Below, one piece after another: positions 24,249 through 34,452 of a stretch of DNA of 64,000 nucleotides. Origin of the DNA: an uncultured delta proteobacterium (GTDB taxonomy: Bacteria > Myxococcota_A > Polyangia > Haliangiales > Haliangiaceae). The notes below the pieces were generated by a model. That model made no database searches. It saw nothing but the letters and a program-made list of their open reading frames with translations, and was not told the DNA's origin. Made by a program: the position numbers and the translations under genes. Location of the stretch: positions 3,488,001-3,552,000 of the forward strand of contig CAWKDB010000010.1 in the NCBI GenBank assembly GCA_963848295.1. The letters are read 5' to 3'. The first letter of the stretch is position 1. Each line of letters begins with the position of its first letter.

Positions 24249-24560
24249 CAAAGCAGTATACGCGCGTTCTCGCACGACTCACGGTGGGCTCACCGTCGGT
24301 ATCACCGGCGTCTAACCGAGCCGGGATGGCCTTTACGCGGTGGTTCGCCGACGCTGGTGTGATGGGTTCAATAGGCTGGTCCTGGATCGTGCTGGTCGTC
24401 ACCGCCGGATGCGCCGACCGCGCCGGCCCAAAGCTCGACGAACATCGTGCCGTGGGTCGGCGGCGGTCAGGACCACCACGGGCTCGGCCTGATGGCGGCC
24501 GGGGCGTTCTAAACCGCGGCGGCTTGCGGCTCACGCCGTCGTCGGCGACCATCGAGCGGG

Positions 24561-25370
24561 ATGGTCGCTTGCCTGTTGTGCGGTTCGCCGCGCTCGATCG
24601 GGGTGCTGTGCACGACGCACGGCGTCGCGATCGCGTCTCCCGGGATCACGAGCGAGCAGATCTTCTCGCGCGGCGAGGCCGGGACGGCGTCGTTGATCGA
24701 CGCGTGGGGCATCGGTCACAACTTCGAGGACGGCGCGAAGATCGGTCGCGATCCGCAAGTCGACGTCGCGGTGTTGCACGCGTCGGTGTCGAGCGACCAC
24801 GCGGTGTTGCGCCACGCCGACAACGTCTGGACGATCACCGACCACTCGAGCCGCAACGGGACCGAGATCAATGGCGCCCGCGTCACCGAAGGCACGCTCG
24901 AGGCGGGAGCGACGATCAAGCTCGGCGACGTCAAGCTGTACTTCTGGCCGGAGGCGCTGCCGAAAATGGAGCCGCCGCGCGGGCAGGGCCGGACCGCGCC
25001 GACGCGACGCGACGAGCTGGTGTTCAGCGCGAAGGTCACGACGCCGCGCGGGCACCTCCTCGACCTGCGCCAGCGCGTCGACGGCGGCGTGCTCCGGATC
25101 GGCGAGTCGTCGATCGAGCTCGCGGCGATGGAGTTCGGCCTGTTGCAGCTGCTCGTCGAGCGCCGCCGGATCGTCGGCGACCCCGAGCTCGCCTATGTCG
25201 CCTGGCACGAGATCGCCGACGCGCTCGCGTTTCGCTCGGTTCAGGCCGACAGCGAGAACGTTCGCGAGCTCGTGCATCGCGTCCGCCGCAAGCTCGGCGG
25301 CGTCCAGGCCGACGACTTGATCGAGAGCAAGCGCGGCGTCGGCTATCGACTCGCGGGCGAACCCGGCTAG
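24561..25370 (+). CDS. FHA-domain / winged-helix (OmpR-type) transcriptional regulator
   Basis: FHA motifs IGR..SVSSDHA..SRNGT. C-terminal VHRVRRKL..IESKRGVGYRL. N-terminal CxxC..CxxH. Confidence 0.85.
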   Translation: MVACLLCGSPRSIGVLCTTHGVAIASPGITSEQIFSRGEAGTASLIDAWGIGHNFEDGAKIGRDPQVDVAVLHASVSSDHAVLRHADNVWTITDHSSRNGTEINGARVTEGTLEAGATIKLGDVKLYFWPEALPKMEPPRGQGRTAPTRRDELVFSAKVTTPRGHLLDLRQRVDGGVLRIGESSIELAAMEFGLLQLLVERRRIVGDPELAYVAWHEIADALAFRSVQADSENVRELVHRVRRKLGGVQADDLIESKRGVGYRLAGEPG

Positions 25371-25395
25371 GGCGAGATCCGCTACCATCGAGGCG

Positions 25396-28300
25396 ATGGC
25401 GGCCCCGACTCGGCGTGGAAATCCAACGGCTCGTCGCAAACGTCAGGTGCGCTGGGCCAAGCGGCTGCGCCGGCTCGGACTCGCGTGGGACAACGCGCTC
25501 GAGATCGCGCGCGCCGGCCGGCTGACCGCGCCGTACGGGGCGCCGTTCGAGGTCATCCACGAGGAGCGCGTCTACAAGCTGCGCCGCTACGAGCGCACCG
25601 GCGGCGAGCCGGTCGCGGCGCCGTTGTTGCTCGTGCCGCCGTTGATGGTCGCGTCCGAGGTCTACGACATCTCGCCCGACGTCAGCGCGATCGCTTTTCT
25701 CGCGAGCCAAGGCATCGATTGCTGGCTCGTCGACTTCGGCGCGCCCGAGCACGAAGCCGGTGGGATGAGCCGCACGCTCGACGATCACGTCCGCGCGGTG
25801 TCGCAGGCGATCGATCGCGTGCGCGCGGTCACCGGCCAAGACGTTCACCTCGCGCGGCTACTCGCAGGGCGGCATGTTCGCGTACCAGGCGGCCGCGTTC
25901 CGCCACTCCGAAGGGCTCGCGTCGATCGTCACGATGGGCAGCCCGGTCGATCTGCATCGCCAGCTCCAGCTCAGCGAGGACGTCACCGAGCGCCTCATCG
26001 CCGGCTTGCGCGCGGCGCTGTCGTGGCCGCTGTCGCACATCGAAGGCTTGCCCGGCGTGTTCACCTCGACCGGGTTCAAGCTGCTGTCGGCGCGCAAGGA
26101 GGTGACGCAGCTGTTCGACTTCGTGCGCAACCTGCACGATCGACAAGCGCTCGAGAAGCGCGAGGCGAAGCGGCTGTTCCTCGGCGGTGAGGGCTTCGTC
26201 GCGTGGCCGGGGCCGGCGTTTCGCAAGTTCGTCGACGACGTCATCGTCGGCAATCGCATGGCCTCGGGCGGCTTCGTGATCGACGGCCAGACCGTGACGC
26301 TCGCGGACATCACCGTGCCGATCCTGTACTTCGTCGGCAGTCGCGACGAGATGGGCAAGCCGGGCTCCGTGCGCGGCATTCGGCGCGCCGCGCCGCGCGT
26401 CGACGCGATGTACGAGATTCCGCTCAAGGCCGGCCACTTCGGCCTGGTCGTCGGCTCGACCGCGCTGACCGTGACGTGGCCGAGCGTCATCGCGTGGATG
26501 AAGTGGCGCGCAGGGCTTGGCCCGCTGCCGGCGACCGCGATCGACGTCCGCGCCGGCGTCGTGCCCGATCCGTTCGAGCACGAGCACGATGCACGGCATG
26601 ACGATGACGACGACGACGAGCACGACGAGAGCCCGTTCGAGCTCGCGAAGGATCTGGTCGAGAAGACCGCGCACGCGGCGTTCGATCGGCATCGGCGAGC
26701 TGTCCGAGGATCTCGGCAGCTACTTCGACAACGCGCGCTGGCAGCTGCCGAAGCTCAACCGGCTGCGCCACCTGCAAGACGACACGCTGATCTCGCTCGG
26801 CCGCACGCTGTCCGATCAAGCGCACAAGATCGGCGACCGCACGTTCTTCCTGTGGCGAGGGCGCGCGTTCACGTACGCCGAATCGAACCGCCGCGTCGAC
26901 GCGGTCGTCAAAGGCCTGATCGCGTGCGGCATCAAGAGCGGGCAGCGCGTCGGCGTGATGATGCTGTCGCGGCCGTCGCACTTGTCGATCGTCACCGCGA
27001 TCAACCGGCTCGGTGCGGTCGCGGTGCTGTTGTCGACCGACACGCCCGACGAGATCCTGCCCCGCGCGCTCGAGCTCGGCGAGACCGACATCGTCATCGT
27101 CGATCCGGATAACGCGGCCCGGGCTCGCGCGCTGAGCACCGGCAAAGTGCTCGTGCTCGGCGGCGTCGGCGAGCCCGCCGTGAGGCCTGGCGACAAGCGC
27201 GCGCTACCCGCCGGTGTGATCGACATGGAGTCGATCGATCCCGAGGCGGTGACGCTGCCGGCCTGGTACAGGCCCGATCCGGGGCGCGCTCGCGACCTCG
27301 CGATGATCTTCGTGACGTCCGGCCGGTTCGAGCCGCTGCGCGCGATGCGGATCACGAATCGCCGGTGGGCGTTCTCCGCGCTCGGCGCCGCCGCCGCCGC
27401 GACGCTGACCAATCGCGACACCGTGTACTGCTGCCTGCCGCTGCACCATCCGTCGGGCACGCTCGTCGCCGCCGGCAGCGCGCTCGTCGGCGGCGACGCG
27501 GCTCGCGCTCGCGTCGCGGTTCGAGCCGGAGACGTTCTGGGACGAGGTGCGCCGCTACGGCGTCAGCGTCGTCTACTACGCCGGCGATATGTGCCGGAAG
27601 CTCGTCGATGCGGCGCCGGTGCGCGGCGATCAGAACAACCCGGTGCGCCTGTTCGCGGGCAGCGGCATGCGCCGCGATGTGTGGCGCCGGCTCGTCGATC
27701 GGTTCGGGCCGGTCGGCGTGTGCGAGCTCTACGCCTCGACCGAAGCGAACACCGTGCTCGCGAACGCCGCCGGCAAGAAGATCGGCTCGGTCGGTCGCCC
27801 GCTGCCGGGCTCGCCCGAGGTCGCGATCGCGGCGTGGAACTTTGCCGACGACGACTTCGTGCGCGACGGCTCGGGCCGCCTCGTGCGCGCGCGGCTCGAC
27901 GAGCCGGGCATGCTGGTCGCGCAGATGTCCGCACGCGCGGGCGCCGATATCGCGCACATCGATCCGCAGCGCCTGCTGCGCGACGCGTTCGAGCAAGGCG
28001 ACACCTGGTTCGTCACCGGCGATATCTTCAAGGTCGACACGCTCGGCGACTACTACTTCGTCGACCGCCAGGGCCAGATGATCATGACCCGGCTCGGCCC
28101 GGTCGCCTCGACGCGGATCGAGGACGCGTTCTACGAGTACCGGCGCGCTCGCCCGGTGCATCGCGGTCGGCCGCGCGGATCCCGACGACCCGGGCGTCGA
28201 GCTCCCGATCGCGGCCGTGCAATTACACCCCAACGCATCGGTCGATCTCGCCGCGGCCCTGTCGACCGCGGCGCAGGCGTTGCCCGAGTACGCGCGCCCG

Positions 28301-28462
28301 CGCCGGATCCGGATCGTCGGCGAGCTGCCGATGACCGACGGCTTCCGGCCGATCAAGCGCGCGATCAAGGACCTCGACCTCGCGGACGCGCCCGACGTGC
28401 TCGCGTGGGATGCGCGCTCGCAGCGCTATGTCGCGACGGTCGCCGGCAAGAGGGCTGGCTGA
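25396..28462 (+). pseudogene. Alpha/beta-hydrolase (PhaC-like, Ser nucleophile) fused to acyl-CoA synthetase, Rv1683-like; four +1 frameshifts (pseudogene or sequencing error)
   Basis: Hydrolase motifs LLLVPPLM, GYSQGG, GSRDE and AGHFG. AMP-binding part has LPLHH, ELYASTE, WFVTGD and FVDR. Extra bases near 25855, 26690, 27495 and 28138. About 1020 aa when repaired. Confidence 0.85.
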
Positions 28463-28516
28463 TGCGAGCTCGCGGTCGCTGGTCGTGTGGCTCGGCCGTC
28501 AAAGTGGGAGGTAGCG

Positions 28517-28834
28517 ATGCGTCTTGGAAACGTCTGGCAGCTCGTCATGATTCTCGTACTCGTCGGCTGCCACGCCGCGCCGACACCTGTCGTCGCGCCG
28601 ACACCGGCGGTCGCTCAGCCGATACCGGGCGGGGAGCCGAACGCCGCCACGAATCACGGATGCGACGAAGTGTCATGCAAGACCCGCGACTACGCGGGTG
28701 CGTGTTGCGCAAAGCTCGAGGCCGCCTCGAAGCCAGCTGATTGCAGGGCGACGATGCACGATGCGAATGACTCCGCGTGCCGTACGCAGTTTTGCGCGAC
28801 ACACGCCGATGATCCCGGCTGCGAGCTCGAGTAG
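28517..28834 (+). CDS. Small Cys-rich lipoprotein
   Basis: RBS GGAGG, lipobox LVGC, Pro-rich linker and 8 further Cys. Confidence 0.7.
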   Translation: MRLGNVWQLVMILVLVGCHAAPTPVVAPTPAVAQPIPGGEPNAATNHGCDEVSCKTRDYAGACCAKLEAASKPADCRATMHDANDSACRTQFCATHADDPGCELE

Positions 28835-28932
28835 TGGAGGGCGTCGACGGAGGCTGATCAGCTATCGCGCGCCCAAGCTCTAGCATGCGGTCCCCACGTC
28901 TTCGCGCCGCCGTAGTATCCTGGGTGGAAGGC

Positions 28933-29457
28933 ATGGCGACGCAGGGCAACGTTCTCGTGGTCGACGACGAGCCGCTCGTGCTCGCGGCGTACACGCGGAG
29001 CCTCAAGCGGCACTGGAACGTCGTGACCGCGACCGATATCGCGAGCGCGAAGCGATGCATCAGCGAGGTGAAGCCGGATCTCGCGATCGTCGACATGTGG
29101 CTCGGCGCCGCGAGCGGGCTCGAGCTGATCCAGGCGATCAAGGCCGAGCGGCCGGATGCGAAGGTCGCGATCATCTCCGGCTACATGTCGATCGACGCGG
29201 CGGTGACCGCGACCAAGCTCGGCGCCGATGCCGCCGTGGCCAAGCCCGTGGCGCCGGCGGACGTGCTCGCGCGGCTCGCGCACGGGGTACCGGTGGTCGA
29301 GAACGAGCCTCCGGTCTCGTTGGCTCGCGCCGAGTACGAGCTGATCGCGCGCACGCTGGCGGACTCGAACCACAACGTGTCGCGCGCCGCGAGGCGCCTG
29401 GGGATTCATCGCCACACGCTCCAGCGCAAGCTCAAGCGCACGCCGCCCAAGTCCTGA
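28933..29457 (+). CDS. RegA/PrrA/ActR-family response regulator (REC + Fis-type HTH)
   Basis: VDD..D..K receiver and the signature SLARAEYELIARTLADSNHNVSRAARRLGIHRHTLQRKL. Confidence 0.9.
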   Translation: MATQGNVLVVDDEPLVLAAYTRSLKRHWNVVTATDIASAKRCISEVKPDLAIVDMWLGAASGLELIQAIKAERPDAKVAIISGYMSIDAAVTATKLGADAAVAKPVAPADVLARLAHGVPVVENEPPVSLARAEYELIARTLADSNHNVSRAARRLGIHRHTLQRKLKRTPPKS

Positions 29458-29462
29458 CGGAC

Positions 29463-30590
29463 TCACACCCGGCCGGGTAACCGCATGACGAAGCACGGGC
29501 CTTCGGCGGTGGCTTCGTACTCGATCCGGCCGCCGTGCGCTTCGGCGATCAGCCGGCAGAAGTACAGCCCCATGCCGCGCTTGCCGCCTTTGCCTTGGAC
29601 GTACTTGCCGAACAGGTTCGGCCGGATCGGCTCGGGCACTTGCGGCCCGGTGTTCGCGACCCGGAGCGTGACGCTGCCGTCGTCCTGGTCGTGCCACACC
29701 TCGGCGCTGATCGTGATCCGGCCCCCGCTGTTGCAGTAGCGCGCGGCATTACCGACGAGGTTGTGGAGCACGCGTTCGACGAGGCTCGCGTCGTATCGGC
29801 CTTCGAGCTCCATGGCGCAGTCGATGTCGAGCTCCACGCCGCGCGCGATCGAAGGTCGAGCGACATCGACGACCGACTCGATGAGCGGGCGGACGTTCGC
29901 CTTGCGAACGATCAGCTTGACCGCGGCGTCTTCGAACCGCGCGATGTCGACGAAGTTGGCGACCAGCCCGGACATCCGGCGCACCGAACGCAAGGTCGCC
30001 GCGAGCGCGTCCTTCACGTCGGGGTCGGCGGCTTCGAACACCTCGAGCAGGTGCGTCAGGTTGCTGAGCGACACGGCCAGGCCGTTGTTGAGATCGTGCG
30101 CGAGCAGAGCGCTCGCTTCCTGTCCGTAGACCAGCCGGCGCTCGGTGGCTTCCTTCTCGAGTCGAACCGCGACAAACGCGCGCTGCGTGCGGATCGCCGC
30201 GGCGATGCGGCGCCGGATCTCGGCGATGCCGACCGGCTTGAGCACGTAGTCGTCGGTCCCCGCGTCGAATGCGGCGACGCGGCTGTGCTCGTCGTCGTGC
30301 CCGGTCAGCACGATGATGTGGACCGATGGACCCTGGAGCTGCTTGAGGTGGCGGACGACGTCCGAGCCACTGACCGTCGGCATCGACAGATCGACGATCG
30401 CGACGTCGGGAGGCGTGACCGTCGCTTGCTCGATCGCGCCGGCCGCATCGGTCGCGGTCACGACTTGATAGCCGGCGGTCGCGAGGCCGCTCGCCATCTG
30501 CCGGCACACGCGTTCGTCGTCGTCGACGACCAGCACGCGCACCGACCCCGGTTCGAAGCCAACCTCTCCCTTCCCGCCCGTTTCAAGCAT
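29463..30590 (-). CDS. Hybrid sensor kinase (REC-HisKA-HATPase)
   Basis: VLVVDDD receiver, H-box AHDLNN, N-box NLVGNAARY and G2 GMGL. Confidence 0.9.
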   Translation of the reverse strand: MLETGGKGEVGFEPGSVRVLVVDDDERVCRQMASGLATAGYQVVTATDAAGAIEQATVTPPDVAIVDLSMPTVSGSDVVRHLKQLQGPSVHIIVLTGHDDEHSRVAAFDAGTDDYVLKPVGIAEIRRRIAAAIRTQRAFVAVRLEKEATERRLVYGQEASALLAHDLNNGLAVSLSNLTHLLEVFEAADPDVKDALAATLRSVRRMSGLVANFVDIARFEDAAVKLIVRKANVRPLIESVVDVARPSIARGVELDIDCAMELEGRYDASLVERVLHNLVGNAARYCNSGGRITISAEVWHDQDDGSVTLRVANTGPQVPEPIRPNLFGKYVQGKGGKRGMGLYFCRLIAEAHGGRIEYEATAEGPCFVMRLPGRV

Positions 30591-30621
30591 GCGTGTTAGT
30601 ATCGCCCTCGCGAACTTTGCA

Positions 30622-31890
30622 ATGCAAGCGATTGGAAGAAACGCGAGTCCAGGTGCCGATCCGATCCGACTGGCGGAGGTCGTCCTCGCCGCTGCGGTTC
30701 GCGCTTCGGCCGACGCGGTGTACCTCGAGCCGCTCGCCGGCAACGAGACCTCGTACGCGATCGCGTTCGAGCGCGGGCAGCAAGTCGTCGCGACGGTAAC
30801 GGTCGATGCGTCGGTCGGCTCCGCGGCGATCGCGCGCCTGGCCTTTGTCGCCCAGCTCGATCTATCCGCGAGTCACGCCACGAGCGCGGTCGTGCCCGTC
30901 CGTTCCGGCGATCGGCACGCGGACGTCGTGATCACGATCCGACCCGGCGATGGCCTGCGCGCCGACCTGATGGTCGTCACGAAGGCGCGCTCGGCGAAGC
31001 CCGGCGACCACGGCCCGGTCGAGATCGGCGACGTGATCGCGAACTACCGGATCCTCGCGCAGCTCGGCGAGGGCGGCATGGGCACGGTCTACGAGGTCGA
31101 GCACGTCGTGCTCGGGCGCAAGTACGCACTCAAGGTGCTGCGCGCGAAGGTCGTCGAGTACGAAGCGACCGCGGCGCAGCGCTTCGTGCGCGAGGCGCGT
31201 GCGGCGGCGCGGGTCCGCCATCCCAGCATCGTCGACGTGTTCGACTTCGGCCACTTCCCCGACGGGCGGCCATTCTTCGTGATGGAGATGCTCGAAGGCC
31301 AGAGCCTGGCCGATCACATCGACGACGGTGCGGTGGATCCGGCGACGGTCGTCGCGATCGCGCGTCAGCTCGCGGGTGCGCTCGCGGCGGTGCACGAGCG
31401 CGGCGTGATCCACGCGGACGTCACGCCGTCGAACGTGCTCGTCGTTTCGTGGGATCCGGATCCGGTCCACGTCAAGCTCGTCGACTTCGGGCTGGCCGCG
31501 ATCGCTGGCGAGACGTTCGCCGACGAAAATCCCGACTTCGTGCTCGGCACGCCGTCGTACATCTCGCCCGAACAGCTGCGCGGCCTCGCCGCGACCGACC
31601 GCTCCGATCAGTACAGCCTCGGCATCGTGCTGTACGAGTTGCTCGCCGGCCGCCCGCCGTTCACCGACGTCGACCTTCGCAAGCTGTGCATGATGCACCT
31701 CAACGCGCCGGTCCCTCCGCTCGCGAGCTCGCACGGCCCGATTCCGCCGAAGCTCGTCGACGTGGTCATGACGTGTTTGCAGAAATCACCGCAGGCGCGG
31801 TTCCCCGGCATGCGCGCGATGATCGCGGCGCTCGACGAGGTCGAGCGGCTGACCGACCGCCGGGGTTGGCGGCGATGGTTGACGAGCTGA
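30622..31890 (+). CDS. Ser/Thr kinase with N-terminal PilB/GspE N2-like domain
   Basis: N-terminal IRLAEVVLAAAVRASADAVYLEP...IARLAFVAQLDL. Kinase motifs GEGGMG, ALK, HADVTPSN, DFG and SPE. Start 30589 or 30622. Confidence 0.85.
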   Translation: MQAIGRNASPGADPIRLAEVVLAAAVRASADAVYLEPLAGNETSYAIAFERGQQVVATVTVDASVGSAAIARLAFVAQLDLSASHATSAVVPVRSGDRHADVVITIRPGDGLRADLMVVTKARSAKPGDHGPVEIGDVIANYRILAQLGEGGMGTVYEVEHVVLGRKYALKVLRAKVVEYEATAAQRFVREARAAARVRHPSIVDVFDFGHFPDGRPFFVMEMLEGQSLADHIDDGAVDPATVVAIARQLAGALAAVHERGVIHADVTPSNVLVVSWDPDPVHVKLVDFGLAAIAGETFADENPDFVLGTPSYISPEQLRGLAATDRSDQYSLGIVLYELLAGRPPFTDVDLRKLCMMHLNAPVPPLASSHGPIPPKLVDVVMTCLQKSPQARFPGMRAMIAALDEVERLTDRRGWRRWLTS

Positions 31891-31897
31891 GGCTACG

Positions 31898-32461
31898 ATG
31901 GAGAAGCCGCTCATTGTGTGCATAGACGACGACGAAGCGATGCTCGGCGGGATCGCGCGATCGTTGCGGCGAGAGCCTAGCTTCGACGTGCGCACCAGCG
32001 AAGATCCGATCGAGGTGCTCGGTTGGATCGCGAACGAGTCGGTCGCGGTGCTGGTGTCGGACTACGACATGCCGGCGATGACCGGTGCGCAGCTCGCCGC
32101 CAAGGCGAAGGTGCTCCGCCCCGAGACCGTGCGGATCTTGTTGACCGGGCAGCGAACGCTCGAGACCGCGATCGACGGGATCAACCAGGGTGAGATCTTT
32201 CGCTTCATCAACAAGCCGTTCGATCCGGGCGGCCTGCGCAAGTCGGTGCTCGAAGCGGTCGAGCGCCATCGCGAGCTCGTGGCGCTCTCCGGTGATCGGC
32301 AACGGCGCGAGCGCCGCGAAGCGCTGCGCGCCGCGCTCGAAGCGGAGTATCCGGGCATCTCGTCGGTGCCACAAAACGGGACACTCGACGTGACGATCGA
32401 TCCGTGGAGCGAAGCGACGGCGATGGGCCTCGTCGCGCTCGATCGCAAGCTCGAGAGCTAA
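31898..32461 (+). CDS. Response regulator receiver protein with C-terminal extension
   Basis: CIDDD, VSDYDMP, LTG and INKP. Confidence 0.9.
   Translation: MEKPLIVCIDDDEAMLGGIARSLRREPSFDVRTSEDPIEVLGWIANESVAVLVSDYDMPAMTGAQLAAKAKVLRPETVRILLTGQRTLETAIDGINQGEIFRFINKPFDPGGLRKSVLEAVERHRELVALSGDRQRRERREALRAALEAEYPGISSVPQNGTLDVTIDPWSEATAMGLVALDRKLES
32361..32383. repeat. 23-bp exact repeat, copy 1 (CGTCGGTGCCACAAAACGGGACA); candidate operator
   Basis: Identical to 43408..43430 and lies about 90-140 bp upstream of cheW. Confidence 0.75.
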
Positions 32462-32470
32462 GCATGTAAG

Positions 32471-32968
32471 ATGCCGCCACTTGGGATGGGGACCGGGGAC
32501 ACAACCACTCGCGAGCCGATGCTCGTGACCCGAGTCGGCGGGTTGCTGTGCGCGCTGCCCATCGGCCACGTCGTGGAGACGATGCGCCCGCTGCCGATCG
32601 AGCCGCTCGCGGCGATCGGTCCGGAGCTCGCGTTCGTGTCCGGGGTCGCGGTCGTTCGCGGCGCGCCGATCCCGGTGGTGGACGCGGCGCGACTGCTCGA
32701 CCAGCCCGCCGGCGCGCAGAATCGGTTCGTGATCGTGCGAACGAGCTCTCCAGGCGGCGACGCGCGGGTCGCCCTGTGGGTCGACACCGTCCTCGACGTC
32801 AGGGCGTTCGAGCGCGCGGCGATCGCGGAGCTGCCACCGCTGCTCCACGGCGCGAATCGCGACATCGTGTCGGCGATCGGTACGGTCGACCGCGCGTTGC
32901 TCGTCGTGCTCGACGCCGGGCGCGTCGTCCCCGAGGCCTGGCAAGCGATCCGACGGAGCGACGGGTGA
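32471..32968 (+). CDS. cheW: Chemotaxis coupling protein CheW
   Basis: ALPIGHVVETMRPLPIEP..GVAVVRGAPIPVVD..ALWVD. Start uncertain (32471, 32486 or 32520). Confidence 0.9.
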   Translation: MPPLGMGTGDTTTREPMLVTRVGGLLCALPIGHVVETMRPLPIEPLAAIGPELAFVSGVAVVRGAPIPVVDAARLLDQPAGAQNRFVIVRTSSPGGDARVALWVDTVLDVRAFERAAIAELPPLLHGANRDIVSAIGTVDRALLVVLDAGRVVPEAWQAIRRSDG

Positions 32969-34452
32969 CCGCCGACGAGCTCGCTCATTTCGTCCGGCTC
33001 GCCGAGGCGAGCTTCGGGCTTCGCGTCGACGATCGGCCGGGGCACATGGCCGAGCTGTGCTTGCGTCGCGCCGGCTCTCACCGAGAGTCGGTGGCGCAGT
33101 ATCTCGCGCGCGTCGATGCCGGCGATCCATCCGAATTGCGAGCGCTCGCGACCGAGCTGACGGTCGGCGAGACCTACTTTTTTCGCCACGCCGAACAGTT
33201 TCACGCGTTCGCAGACGTGGCGTTGCCCGAACGAACCCGAGCCCGCGCTCGCGTGCGCGTGCTCTCGGCCGGATGCTCGTCCGGCGAGGAGGCGTACACG
33301 ATGGCGATGCTCGTGCGCGATCGCGTCGCCGAGCCGAACCGCGTCGCGATCCACGCCGTCGACATCAATCCATCTGCGCTCGAGCGCGCGGCCCGCGGCC
33401 GCTACTCGCGCTGGGCTCTGCGCGCCACCCCGCCCGAGCTCGAGCAGCGGTGGTTCCATACCGAGGGTCGCGACGTCATGCTGTCGCCCAACTTGCGCGG
33501 GGCGGTCGCGTTCGACGAGCGCAACCTGATCGACGAGGGTGAGCTGTGGGCACCCGGAACGTGGGACATCGTGTTTTGTCGCAACGTGCTGATGTACTTC
33601 ACCGAGCCCTGCGCCCAGCTCGTGATCGACCGCTTCACGCGCGCGTTGGCGCCGGGCGGATATCTGTTCCTCGGGCACGCCGAGACGTTGCGCGGCCGGT
33701 CCGACGATTTCGAGCTATGCCACACCCACGGCACGTTCTACTACCAGCGCCAGCCGGGAACGCAGGTCGCGTCGACGACGGTGGGCGTCGAGCGTACGGC
33801 CGGGGTCGAGCTGCCGCTCACACCGGATGTCGCGTGGTACGAGGGCATCCACGCGGCGACCCGACGCGTCCACTCGATCGTCGACGACGCCCTCGCGGCG
33901 ACACCCGCGCCCGCCGCCGATCCTGCGATCGCGTCGGCGCGTGACGCGGAGCTCGGCGGGATTCGCGATCTGTTCGGGCAAGAGCGCTTTGCCGAGGCGC
34001 TCGCCCGACTGGCCACGTTGCCCGCGGCGCTCGTGCGCGATCCTGCGGTGGTGATGCTGCGCGCGCTCGTGCTCACGCACGCCGGTCGGCTCGGCGAAGC
34101 GGAGACGGCGTGTCGCGAGCTGCTCGCCGCCGAGCCCACGAGCGCAGCCGGCCACTATTTGTTCGCACTGTGCCGCGAGAGCGCGGGCGACACCGCGGCC
34201 GCCGCGGATCATGCGCGGCGGGCGAGCGAGCTCGATGCGAGCTTCGCGATGGCTCGCGTCCAGCTGGGATTGCTCGCGCGGCGTGCCGGCCGTCGCGACG
34301 ACGCCGCGAAGGAGCTCGCGCACGCGGTCGCGCTGCTCGAGCGCGAAGACCCGGCGCGCCTCGCCTTGTTCGGCGGAGGGTTCGGTCGCCAGGCCCTGAT
34401 CGCGCTGTGCCGTTCGGAGCTGGCTGCAACCGGAGGTCGCGATGAGCGATGA
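32965..34452 (+). CDS. cheR: CheR methyltransferase with C-terminal TPR (WspC-like)
   Basis: TVGETYFFR, SAGCSSGEEAY, DIVFCRNVLMYF and a TPR tail. GTGA overlap with cheW. Confidence 0.93.
   Translation: MTADELAHFVRLAEASFGLRVDDRPGHMAELCLRRAGSHRESVAQYLARVDAGDPSELRALATELTVGETYFFRHAEQFHAFADVALPERTRARARVRVLSAGCSSGEEAYTMAMLVRDRVAEPNRVAIHAVDINPSALERAARGRYSRWALRATPPELEQRWFHTEGRDVMLSPNLRGAVAFDERNLIDEGELWAPGTWDIVFCRNVLMYFTEPCAQLVIDRFTRALAPGGYLFLGHAETLRGRSDDFELCHTHGTFYYQRQPGTQVASTTVGVERTAGVELPLTPDVAWYEGIHAATRRVHSIVDDALAATPAPAADPAIASARDAELGGIRDLFGQERFAEALARLATLPAALVRDPAVVMLRALVLTHAGRLGEAETACRELLAAEPTSAAGHYLFALCRESAGDTAAAADHARRASELDASFAMARVQLGLLARRAGRRDDAAKELAHAVALLEREDPARLALFGGGFGRQALIALCRSELAATGGRDER

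Noticed and set aside
25396..26500. PHA synthase phaC
   Set aside because: The nucleophile is Ser (GYSQGG) not Cys, the domain is fused to an AMP-binding domain, and no other pha genes are nearby.
25850..28140. Programmed ribosomal frameshifting
   Set aside because: No slippery heptamers or homopolymer runs at the four sites; four events in one gene fit error or decay better.
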